64,000 nt of DNA from Candidatus Parcubacteria bacterium (GCA_023131895.1 JAGLYZ010000004.1:29895-93894), one strand, 5' to 3'. Shown: positions 8,726 to 17,274, counted from the first letter of the stretch. Numbers and translations: made by a program. The notes: generated by a model not told the origin, from the letters alone.

Positions 8726-9190
8726 ATGACAATTAAAAAATACTCTAAACAAGGTTTTACATTGATTGAATTATTAGTAGTTATTGCTGTTATTGGAGTT
8801 CTTACTTCAATGATTTTTTCATTTACCAAGGCAAAAGATAAAGCCAGAAATACAAGAATTGTAATAGCTATCAGAGAAATAAAGCCCATTTTTGAAATGA
8901 TTTATGACGATGATTTTAAATATGATAACATTTGTAATAGTCCTGATATTAGAATAGACATTTCTGGTTATGAGAATGAATTAACCGCTATTAACGATGA
9001 AGTTTCAAAAAATGGTGGTGAAGCAAAATGTTATGCTGATGGAGATAATTACTGCGTATATTCCAAGTTGAATGTTGTAGGCATTGATCCAAGACAATAT
9101 TTTTGTGTTGACAGCACTGGAAATGCAGTCACTACACCTGTTGATCCTGGTATTTTACATTGTAAAGCCGGCAGTTATACCTGTCCGTAA
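8726..9190 (+). CDS. Type IV pilin (second paralog)
   Basis: Leader MTIKKYSKQG followed by FTLIELLVVIAVIGVL. C-terminal Cys pairs. Confidence 0.85.
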   Translation: MTIKKYSKQGFTLIELLVVIAVIGVLTSMIFSFTKAKDKARNTRIVIAIREIKPIFEMIYDDDFKYDNICNSPDIRIDISGYENELTAINDEVSKNGGEAKCYADGDNYCVYSKLNVVGIDPRQYFCVDSTGNAVTTPVDPGILHCKAGSYTCP

Positions 9191-9210
9191 AATTTTTCAG
9201 CAGAAGATCC

Positions 9211-9229
9211 ACGAAGGTCGGGCCTTCGT
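9211..9229. repeat. REP-like hairpin (left of the RAYT gene)
   Basis: ACGAAGG-TCGGG-CCTTCGT, a 7-bp stem. Confidence 0.75.
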
Positions 9230-9238
9230 TTATCTAAA

Positions 9239-9955
9239 ATGCCAACAAGAAAACACAAATTAGCTAATAATGAGATTTATCATATTATTATTAGAGGAGT
9301 AAATGACTCTGAGATTTTTAAAGATATAAATGATTATTATAGAGCAATTTTTTCCATTTACGAATTTAATACTATTAACTCTGTTGATATCAGACAAAAA
9401 AGAGAGCAACGAGCTCTCACAAAGAAAAACATAAACCAAGGTCGGGCCTTCGTTGATAATAGAGACTTGTTAGTAGAGATATTATGTTTTTGTTTTATGC
9501 CGAATCATGTTCATTTATTGCTCAAGCAGATAAAAGATGATGGAATAACTAAATTTATGAGAAAATTGGGTTCAGGTTATGCAAGTTATTTTAACAAAAA
9601 ATACAGTCGAAAAGGTTATCTTTTTCAAGGAAGATTTTTTCCGGTTCATATTAAAACAGACGAACAATTGCAAGTTATTTTTGCTTATATTCACGTTAAT
9701 TCCATATCTTTGATAGAGCCAAAATGGAAAGAAATTGGAATCCAAGATATAGAAAAAGTCATTAGTTTTTTAGAGGATTATAAATGGTCAAGTTATCCTG
9801 ATTATATTGGCAAGAAGAATTTTCCTTCAGTAACCCATAGAAATTTTATGTTAGAAATGATGAATAAAGAAAAAGGTTGCAAAGATTTTATTGAAAATTG
9901 GATTAGGTACAAAAGCAAGATTAAAAAATTGCCAGATATTGTCTTGAAGAGCTAA
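9239..9955 (+). CDS. REP-associated tyrosine transposase-like protein (IS200/IS605 TnpA Y1 family, RAYT-like)
   Basis: HUH motif in MPNHVHLLL. Tyr-containing AYIHVN motif typical of Y1 transposases. Flanked by REP-like hairpins in opposite orientation. Confidence 0.8.
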   Translation: MPTRKHKLANNEIYHIIIRGVNDSEIFKDINDYYRAIFSIYEFNTINSVDIRQKREQRALTKKNINQGRAFVDNRDLLVEILCFCFMPNHVHLLLKQIKDDGITKFMRKLGSGYASYFNKKYSRKGYLFQGRFFPVHIKTDEQLQVIFAYIHVNSISLIEPKWKEIGIQDIEKVISFLEDYKWSSYPDYIGKKNFPSVTHRNFMLEMMNKEKGCKDFIENWIRYKSKIKKLPDIVLKS

Positions 9956-9979
9956 ACGAAGGCCCGACCTTCGTTTAGC
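9951..9979. repeat. REP-like hairpin (right of the RAYT gene, inverted relative to the left copy)
   Basis: GCTAAACGAAGG-CCCGA-CCTTCGTTTAGC, a 12-bp stem overlapping the RAYT stop codon. Confidence 0.75.
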
Positions 9980-10013
9980 TTTGATTTTTAGGATAATTTA
10001 GTATAATAAAATA

Positions 10014-10850
10014 ATGGTAAATATTATTTTTTATATCTTTGTTTTTATTTTTGGTTTAACAGTTGGTTCATTTTTGAATTGTGTTATTTACAGGTTAGAA
10101 AAAAAGGAGAGCGCTTTAAAAGGGCGCTCTTATTGTCCCCATTGCAAGCATCAGCTTGCCTGGTATGATTTAATTCCAGTATTAAGTTTTATAATCCTTA
10201 AAGGCAAATGCCGTTATTGCTATAAAAAGATTTCTCTACAGTATCCATTAGTAGAAATAGCAACAGCAAGTTTATTTACTTTTATTTTTTGGCATTTGAG
10301 CTTTGGATTTGATTTGGAGCAATTTGGAACAATTTGGATTTTGGATTTTCTCGCTCTATTCGCAATTACTAGTTTTTTGATTGTGATTTTCGTCTATGAC
10401 TTAAAGCACTACATTATCCCAGACAAAGTAATTTTTCCTGCTATAGCAATAGTTTTTTTATATAAATTGTTTGAAATTTTGAATTTGGAATTTGTTTCGG
10501 ATTTCGGATTTCGGATTTCGGATTTTAAGCCGTTATTATATTCACTTGGTATAGCATTTGCCGCTTCCGCCTTTTTTTTAACGATTGTCCTTGTCACTCG
10601 CGGCAAGGGTATGGGAATTGGCGATATAAAACTGGCTTTTTTAATGGGTCTTTTGCTCGGCTGGCCAAATATCTTTGTTGCTCTCTTTCTTGCTTTTCTT
10701 ATTGGTGCTATAATAGGGATAGGTTTGATTTTAGCCCGCAAGAAAACTCTGAAATCAGAAGTTCCATTTGGCCCGTTTTTGGTAACTGGGACATTTATAG
10801 CGATGTTCTATGGTAATCAGATAATTGGATGGTATTTGAATTTATTTTAG
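10014..10850 (+). CDS. pilD: Prepilin peptidase / N-methyltransferase PilD (peptidase A24)
   Basis: Zinc-binding CPHC...CRYC, polytopic membrane protein, catalytic Asp contexts (FVYDLKHYIIPD and GMGIGDIKL). Confidence 0.9.
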   Translation: MVNIIFYIFVFIFGLTVGSFLNCVIYRLEKKESALKGRSYCPHCKHQLAWYDLIPVLSFIILKGKCRYCYKKISLQYPLVEIATASLFTFIFWHLSFGFDLEQFGTIWILDFLALFAITSFLIVIFVYDLKHYIIPDKVIFPAIAIVFLYKLFEILNLEFVSDFGFRISDFKPLLYSLGIAFAASAFFLTIVLVTRGKGMGIGDIKLAFLMGLLLGWPNIFVALFLAFLIGAIIGIGLILARKKTLKSEVPFGPFLVTGTFIAMFYGNQIIGWYLNLF

Positions 10851-10928
10851 TAAAATAATAATTTGAAATTTGTCATTTGACATTGATTTGGAATAATTTG
10901 AGATAATTTGAAATAATTTTAAAAGTTT

Positions 10929-11498
10929 ATGTTAAAATGTTATAATGTTAAAATGAATAAGGCAATGACCTTGATTGAAGTTTTGGTTGTTATTGCCATA
11001 ATGCTTATTCTTATGGCAGTAGCAGTATTTGTAAATCCCAGGCCTTCAGTAGAGCTTGATAACGCTGCTCGGCAATTGGTAAGCGACCTCCGCCGCGCCC
11101 AAAACATGGCAATGTCAGCTTCAACTCAAATAGATGGATGGGGTAATGAGATTGTTCCTTGCGGCTATGGAATTTATACTCCAAATACACAGAAATATGT
11201 TATATTTTATAACGAGACAGATTGTTCAAAATTTCAGCACTGGGGAGGACCCAATCCGCCCTGGCAGGGTAGTATAGATTTTGAAACAGTGGATTTTACA
11301 GATGTAGCTCCGGGCATTACAATAACTCAAGGAGTTTCTTTAAGCATTTATTTTATTCCTCCAAGTGGAACTACTTATATTAATGGAGATTATCCACTTA
11401 TTCCTCCTCCACCTTTGCCTTACTTTGAACTTACAGCTTCCGACGGCTCTATTAGAACTGTCACTGTCACTTCAGCCGGGAAGATTGAAATACAGTAA
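10929..11498 (+). CDS. Minor pilin, GspH/FimT-like (start probably ATG 10953)
   Basis: MNKA-MTLIEVLVVIAIM prepilin-type N-terminus. First of four consecutive pilin-like genes. The upstream part of the ORF lies in the 8-nt ATG ladder. Confidence 0.7.
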   Translation: MLKCYNVKMNKAMTLIEVLVVIAIMLILMAVAVFVNPRPSVELDNAARQLVSDLRRAQNMAMSASTQIDGWGNEIVPCGYGIYTPNTQKYVIFYNETDCSKFQHWGGPNPPWQGSIDFETVDFTDVAPGITITQGVSLSIYFIPPSGTTYINGDYPLIPPPPLPYFELTASDGSIRTVTVTSAGKIEIQ

Positions 11499-11536
11499 AT
11501 CATGTTAACATATTAACATACTAATATCTTAATAAT

Positions 11537-11569
11537 ATGCTTAAATGTTTAAATGCTAAAAAGTTAAAA
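11537..11569 (+). repeat. 33-nt direct repeat, left copy (duplicate of the 5' end of the gene at 12232)
   Basis: ATGCTTAAATGTTTAAATGCTAAAAAGTTAAAA versus ATGTTTAAATGTTTAAATGCTAAAAAGTTAAAA at 12232-12264 (one mismatch). Confidence 0.8.
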
Positions 11570-11664
11570 AGGGGACTTGACAAGATTTTTGGATTTGTTA
11601 AGATTAAAGTAGTTAACCCCCCCTGTGCTTATTTTTTATAGGTGCAGGGCTTTTTATTTCTTTT

Positions 11665-12208
11665 ATGGAAAATAGAGTTTTTATTATAATTGACGGAAGT
11701 AATTTCTATCATCGTTTAAAAGAATGAATTAAAACTTACAAATCTTTTAAATTTTGATTATGAAAAATTTACCCAATTTTTAATTAGCAAAAGAAGTTTA
11801 GTTTTAAAGAAATATTATATTGGAGCAATCAAAGAAGAATATAATAATCTCAAAAGTAGAATATTAATGAAAAATCAAAGAAAATTATTAGGCAAGCTCC
11901 AAAAACAAGGATGGGAAATAGGTTTTGGCCATATGTTAAAAACTGATAAATATCACGAAAAAGGAGTTGATGTTTTAATGGCAGTTGACTTATTAGCTGG
12001 GGCATGTGAAAATATATATGATACAGCAATTTTAGTAAGCTCTGACACTGATCTTATCCCAGCAATTGAAAAAGCTCGTTCAATGAAAAAGAAAATAGAA
12101 TATATTGGTTTGTCGCATAAACCTTCTTACGCTTTAATAGCAAATTCAGATATAAGAAAATTACTGATTGAGGACGAGTTGTTAAGGTGTTTCAAAGAAA
12201 CAAAATAA
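11665..12208 (+). pseudogene. NYN/LabA-like (DUF88) domain gene with a +1 frameshift
   Basis: ATG 11665 encodes MENRVFIIIDGSNFYHRLKE then TGA at 11725. Skipping the single T at 11725 continues as ELKLTNLLNFDYEKF...GVDVLMAVDLL...SSDTDLIPAIE into the ORF ending at 12208. Confidence 0.7.
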
Positions 12209-12231
12209 AAATTTAAAAAATAACTGTTTGT

Positions 12232-12879
12232 ATGTTTAAATGTTTAAATGCTAAAAAGTTAAAATGTGAGGGTTTCAGTTTGCTTGAGGTTTTGGTTGCC
12301 ATTACAGTGCTTATTGTTGGCTTGGTTGGTGCCATAGGTTTGATTGTTTATAATGTTTCTATCAGCAGGGCAAGCCCGGAGAAAATTATCGCTGTTAATT
12401 TAGCGCAGGAGGGAATAGAAGTGGTGAGAAACATCCGTGACAGCAACTGGCTGGCAGGTGTGGTTTGGGATCAAGATATTCCTTCTGGCAATTCTATTCC
12501 TATTTTTACAGATAATAATAGAAATGATTGGCCTTCTGACCCAGATAAATGGAGACTTAGTCATATAGGGGCTGCGGAAAGCTGGAAAGAAGATGTTTAC
12601 TATGATGATATTGATAAATTTTATGGCCAGTCAAAAAAGCAAAGCACTAACCCTGCTCAATTTCCAGACGATTGGATTTCAACAATTTTCACTCGTAAGA
12701 TCACTATTACTGAGTTTTTTGTTATTGATGAGAATCCACGTAAGTTCGCTTTTATTAAGATTGTTATGGCTAAGTTTTGGCCAGACCAAGTAAAAGTAAT
12801 TTCCCAAGTTGATTGGACTGACCGCAGCGGGAATTCTCATACCATCATTCTTGAAAACCATTTGTATAATTGGAGATAG
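12232..12879 (+). CDS. Minor pilin, PilV-like
   Basis: ...KLKCEG followed by FSLLEVLVAITVLIVGL. The only in-frame ATG (12232) is the first rung of the 8-nt ATG ladder. Confidence 0.65.
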   Translation: MFKCLNAKKLKCEGFSLLEVLVAITVLIVGLVGAIGLIVYNVSISRASPEKIIAVNLAQEGIEVVRNIRDSNWLAGVVWDQDIPSGNSIPIFTDNNRNDWPSDPDKWRLSHIGAAESWKEDVYYDDIDKFYGQSKKQSTNPAQFPDDWISTIFTRKITITEFFVIDENPRKFAFIKIVMAKFWPDQVKVISQVDWTDRSGNSHTIILENHLYNWR

Positions 12880-12906
12880 TAAATCACATAACACATAACA
12901 CATAAC

Positions 12907-13446
12907 ATGGAACACATAACACATAACAAAAAAGCTTTTACTCTTATTGAAATTCTTGTTGCAGTAACTATTTTTGTATTAGTTGTTGCTGCTGCAATAG
13001 GAATTTTTGTTTCCAGTATGCAAGGCAAGGAGCGAGTTAATCAATTAAAAGAAATAGAAGACAATGCTCGCTATGTAATGGAAATGATGAGCAGGGAAAT
13101 TAGAATGGGTTATGAAATTGCCAGTGATGAAGCAGATACCTTTGATTCAGAAATAGATTTTGTTGATTCTTCAGTTGTTTCAATAAAACTATGCAGAGCA
13201 GACGAAAATGGTAATTGCGATTCAAATGGAGATTATTTAGCAAAAAGAGAAGAAAGCGCTGCTCCTTCAAGTAATCATTTGATCACTTCCAGCAAAGTAA
13301 AAATTACTAATCTTATTTTCTATGTTAATGATTTTGATTTAACTAATAGTCCCCAACCAAGAGTAACTATCTCAATGACTGTTGCTTCAAAAGATGATGC
13401 AGTAAGCATGGATTTCCAGACCACTCTTTCTCCAAGAATATATTAA
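12907..13446 (+). CDS. Minor pilin, PilW-like
   Basis: MEHITHNKKA followed by FTLIEILVAVTIFVLVV. The leader is encoded by CACATAA heptamer repeats. Confidence 0.6.
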   Translation: MEHITHNKKAFTLIEILVAVTIFVLVVAAAIGIFVSSMQGKERVNQLKEIEDNARYVMEMMSREIRMGYEIASDEADTFDSEIDFVDSSVVSIKLCRADENGNCDSNGDYLAKREESAAPSSNHLITSSKVKITNLIFYVNDFDLTNSPQPRVTISMTVASKDDAVSMDFQTTLSPRIY

Positions 13447-13463
13447 TTTTAAACTAATCGCTT

Positions 13464-15137
13464 ATGTATTTTAAAATTTTTCATAATCAAAAAGGACAAA
13501 TCGCCTTATTAATCACCCTCGTCATTTTAGGCGCTATTTTATCCATTGGCGCTGGTTTAACTTTGGTTACTATTAAAGAAATGAGAATGTCAAAGACCAC
13601 AGTAGAATCAATTCAAGCTTTTTTTGTAGCTGATAGCGGAATGGAATATGCTTTGCACGAAACCTATAAAAGAGGAGGCACGCCGCCAACTGGTACTTGT
13701 GATAATATTGGCGAAGGCGAATATTGTCTGGATACTGATGAAGGAATTGAATCTATTGGAACAGTGAAAGGAAAAAGAAGAACTGTTCGGATTATTAATA
13801 ACTGGGCAAAAGTTTATGGAGGGACAGGCGATGATGAGATATCAGAGGCCTTTCGAATTCCTGGTGGAGGATATAGTTTGCTTATGGATACAACATCTTA
13901 TGGACCTCACGCTGCAGCAGGAGATTTTGTTATTGTGGATATAGATGCAGATGGAACACCAGAATTAGGAAAGGCGTTTGGAGGAAATAATAGAGAGACA
14001 ATCTACGAGGCAGTTTCACATAGGTTGCCAAGTGGAGGATATATTATAACCGGCAAAACAAAATCTTATGGTAATGGAGATTATGATATATTTGTACTTA
14101 AATTAGATGCTAATAAAGATCCACTATGGCAAAAGACTTTTGGAGGACCAGATTTTGAGGAAACACTTGACATTAAACTGACTCCGGCCGCTTCAAATGG
14201 AGGGTGTATATTATGGGGTGGAACAAAATCTTATGGCGCCGGAGATGAAGATACTCTTGTCATAAAATTAGATGATAATGGAAACCAGGAATGGGCGTAT
14301 ACTTTTGGAGGAGTAAATTGTGATAGGGGGGGATCAATGGATTTAGCTGGTTCAGGATATATTCTTATGGGCGACACAGAATCATACGGAGAGGGGTATA
14401 AGGATCTTTTTCTTATTAAATTAAATAGTAATGGTATTTTACAATGGGCAAAAACATTTGGATACAGCAACAGAAGTGAATATTGCGCTTCAAATATCAC
14501 AACTTCAGATGGGGGGCAAATAATGAGCACTTATGATATGTATAATCGTGTTGGAGGTTCTTTCAGAAAAATGTGTGGCACTTTAATTAAATTAGATAGT
14601 AGTGGTGATCAAGAGTGGGTAACAAGATGTTTTTCTCCAGGTGGCTGGGGCGGGCTTGGCGGGCCAGAAAAAGCATTAGATGGAGGCTATTTTAGTGTGG
14701 GAAGTTACTACGTAGGTGGTGGCAAATGGCATGGTTTTTTTGTTAAATTTGATGATAATGGAAATGAGCAATGGACAAAATATTTTGCAGGAGGTGGTTC
14801 GGACTCTTTTTCTAATCTTAGTGAAAACTATACTTTAGATAGAGGATATTTTATGGTTGGTAATACCACATCTTGGGGAGCAGGGGGTAAAGATGGCATT
14901 TTTTTGAAGATGTCTAAAGATGGTTTGATATATGATTGTCCGCCTTTTACGAGCGCTGCTGCGCCGATTTGCAGTTCAGTAGGTGCTGTGCCAACCCATG
15001 ACATAACAGGAGACATAATAGTTACTCCCCTTGTTGTTGACGAAACAAACTTTACTTTTGACATAGAAGATGACGTTGTTATAGATTCTTCTAATGTCTG
15101 CACTGGAGCTGGAGCAAAATGGATAGAGATTAGATAA
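13464..15137 (+). CDS. PilX_N-like minor pilin fused to a repeat (beta-propeller-like) domain; candidate pilus tip protein
   Basis: N-terminus GQIALLITLVILGAILSIG resembles the PilX N-terminal domain. Followed by about 8 repeats of about 50 aa (W..tFGG...GGy.l.G.T.SYG.G..D.l.iKld.nG...W). Confidence 0.6.
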   Translation: MYFKIFHNQKGQIALLITLVILGAILSIGAGLTLVTIKEMRMSKTTVESIQAFFVADSGMEYALHETYKRGGTPPTGTCDNIGEGEYCLDTDEGIESIGTVKGKRRTVRIINNWAKVYGGTGDDEISEAFRIPGGGYSLLMDTTSYGPHAAAGDFVIVDIDADGTPELGKAFGGNNRETIYEAVSHRLPSGGYIITGKTKSYGNGDYDIFVLKLDANKDPLWQKTFGGPDFEETLDIKLTPAASNGGCILWGGTKSYGAGDEDTLVIKLDDNGNQEWAYTFGGVNCDRGGSMDLAGSGYILMGDTESYGEGYKDLFLIKLNSNGILQWAKTFGYSNRSEYCASNITTSDGGQIMSTYDMYNRVGGSFRKMCGTLIKLDSSGDQEWVTRCFSPGGWGGLGGPEKALDGGYFSVGSYYVGGGKWHGFFVKFDDNGNEQWTKYFAGGGSDSFSNLSENYTLDRGYFMVGNTTSWGAGGKDGIFLKMSKDGLIYDCPPFTSAAAPICSSVGAVPTHDITGDIIVTPLVVDETNFTFDIEDDVVIDSSNVCTGAGAKWIEIR

Positions 15138-15157
15138 GTAATTGTGCAGAAATTTCA

Positions 15158-15181
15158 CAGGGGCCCGACCCCTGTTTTTTC
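15158..15181 (+). terminator. Rho-independent terminator after the pilus operon
   Basis: CAGGGG-CCCGA-CCCCTG followed by TTTTTT. The loop sequence is the same as in the REP family. Confidence 0.7.
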
Positions 15182-15216
15182 TTTTAAAAAGGGGTTATTT
15201 GAGATATAATTTAATT

Positions 15217-17274
15217 ATGGATAAGAAACAGACAAAAGAAAGAATTGAAAAACTGAAAAAAGTGATACGAGAAGCAAGATATAGCTATCATGTTTTAGAT
15301 AAATCAATAATGTCTGATGCGGCTTTGGATTCTTTAAAGCATGAGCTTTTTGAATTGGAGCAGAAATATCCTGAATTTATTACACAGGATTCTCCAAGCC
15401 AGAGAATAGGCGGGAAGCCATTAGATAAATTTAAAAAAGTGCGTCATACTGTTGCCCAATGGTCTTTTAATGATGTTTTTGATGAAAGCGAACTTAGAAA
15501 TTTTGACAAGAGAATGAAAAAAGAGCTTGGAACGCAAGAAATGAATTATACTGCTGAACTGAAGATTGACGGCATGCATATTATTTTAACTTATGAAAAA
15601 GGCGTTTTGAAAACTGGAGCAACCAGAGGCGACGGCAAAGTCGGTGAGGATGCCACACAAAATCTAAAAACAATTGAATCAATTCCTTTACGGATAAAAG
15701 AAAATATTGATGTGGTTGTTGAAGGAGAGATTTTTATGAGAAAATCAGTTTTTGAAAAGTTGAATAAACAGAGAAAAGAGCGAGGACAGACCTCGTTCGC
15801 TAATCCCAGGAACGCGGCTGCTGGCGCAATTCGCCAGCTTGATTCAAAAATCGTTAAAGAACGCAAGCTTGACTGTTTTATTTACGATTATTCCTGGCCT
15901 GAAAAAGATGTGCCAGAGACCCAAATTCAAGAGCTGAAAAAATTAATGGAGCTTGGTTTTAAGGTAAATAAAAATTTTCATTATTGTAAAAATATAGATG
16001 AAGTAATAAAATTCTGGAAAGATTGGCAGAAAAAAAGAGAATCCAAGGATTTTTGGATAGATGGAATAGTGGTAAAAGTAAATCGCAGGGAATATCAGAA
16101 CAAGCTTGGCTATACAGGCAAGGCGCCTAGATGGGCAATTGCTTTTAAGTGGCCTGGTGAACAGGCAGCAACGATTTTAGAAAAAGTAGTTTTTCAAATT
16201 GGCAGAACAGGCAGGCTTACGCCAGTTGCCTGCCTAAAGCCGGTCAATATTGGCGGAGCCGTTGTTTCCAGGGCAACCCTGCATAATGCTGATGAGATTA
16301 AGCGGCTGGGAGTAAAGACCGGCGATACAGTGATTGTTGAAAAAGCTGGCGATGTTATTCCTCATATTAATAGGTTTTTGCCAGCGCTTAGGCCAAAAGA
16401 TGCTAAAAATATTCAAACTCCGGGTGCCTGCCCTGTTTGCGGTTCAAAAGTAGTTAGGCCGAAAGGAGAGGTAGCGCATTATTGTTCAAACAAAAAATGC
16501 GGAGCCAGGCAAAGAAACAAACTTTCTTGGTTTGCTTCCAAGAAAGCATTTGATATTGAAGGATTAGGGCCAAAAATCATTGACCAGTTAATGGACAAGG
16601 GATTAGTTTCAAACCCTGCTGATTTATTTACATTGAAAAAAGGAGATATAATTCCTTTGGAAAGCTTGCACCGTAAGAAGCCGAAGGCTTTCCTTCGGGG
16701 ATTTGCTGAAAAATCAAGTTCTAATTTAATACAAGCTATTGAGAAAAGCAGGACAATAACTTTGCCAAAGTTTTTGATTTCTCTTGGTATAAAATATATT
16801 GGTGAGGAAACAGCAGAACTTCTTATTCGCAAGATACAAGATACAAGACACAAGATACAAAGCATTAATAATTTAATTGATTTTTTTGAAAGTAAAAATC
16901 AAGAATATTTTGAACAAATTGATGGCATAGGTCCAAAAGCAGCCACAAGTATTAAGAATTGGTTTTCCCAAAAAGAAAACATTCAGCTTTTGCGAGATTT
17001 GTTCAAAGCCGGCGTGAAGATAGAAAAAGAAAAATTAGTAAAAAGCAGTAAATTAACCGGTAGGTCTTTTGTTTTTACCGGAGAATTGAAATCAATGTCC
17101 AGAGACAAAGCAAAAGAAAGAATAAAAGAATCAGGAGGCAAAACGCCTAATTCAATAAGCAGGAATACTGATTTTCTGGTTGTTGGCAAAAGTCCTGGTT
17201 CTAAATATGAAAAAGCAAAAGCATTGGGAATTAATATAATTTTAGAAAAAGAATTTTTAGGAATGATAAAATGA
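15217..17274 (+). CDS. ligA: NAD-dependent DNA ligase LigA
   Basis: Adenylation motif ELKIDG, OB fold, Zn finger CPVCGS...C, HhH repeats, C-terminal BRCT (FVFTGEL). The start is moved to ATG 15217 because the TTG 15142 extension spans the terminator. Confidence 0.95.
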   Translation: MDKKQTKERIEKLKKVIREARYSYHVLDKSIMSDAALDSLKHELFELEQKYPEFITQDSPSQRIGGKPLDKFKKVRHTVAQWSFNDVFDESELRNFDKRMKKELGTQEMNYTAELKIDGMHIILTYEKGVLKTGATRGDGKVGEDATQNLKTIESIPLRIKENIDVVVEGEIFMRKSVFEKLNKQRKERGQTSFANPRNAAAGAIRQLDSKIVKERKLDCFIYDYSWPEKDVPETQIQELKKLMELGFKVNKNFHYCKNIDEVIKFWKDWQKKRESKDFWIDGIVVKVNRREYQNKLGYTGKAPRWAIAFKWPGEQAATILEKVVFQIGRTGRLTPVACLKPVNIGGAVVSRATLHNADEIKRLGVKTGDTVIVEKAGDVIPHINRFLPALRPKDAKNIQTPGACPVCGSKVVRPKGEVAHYCSNKKCGARQRNKLSWFASKKAFDIEGLGPKIIDQLMDKGLVSNPADLFTLKKGDIIPLESLHRKKPKAFLRGFAEKSSSNLIQAIEKSRTITLPKFLISLGIKYIGEETAELLIRKIQDTRHKIQSINNLIDFFESKNQEYFEQIDGIGPKAATSIKNWFSQKENIQLLRDLFKAGVKIEKEKLVKSSKLTGRSFVFTGELKSMSRDKAKERIKESGGKTPNSISRNTDFLVVGKSPGSKYEKAKALGINIILEKEFLGMIK

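Noticed and set aside
15142-15216. 25-codon N-terminal extension of ligA from TTG 15142
   Set aside because: It includes the stem-loop plus T-run terminator of the pilus operon (15158-15181). LigA homologs start near MDKKQTKERIEKL.
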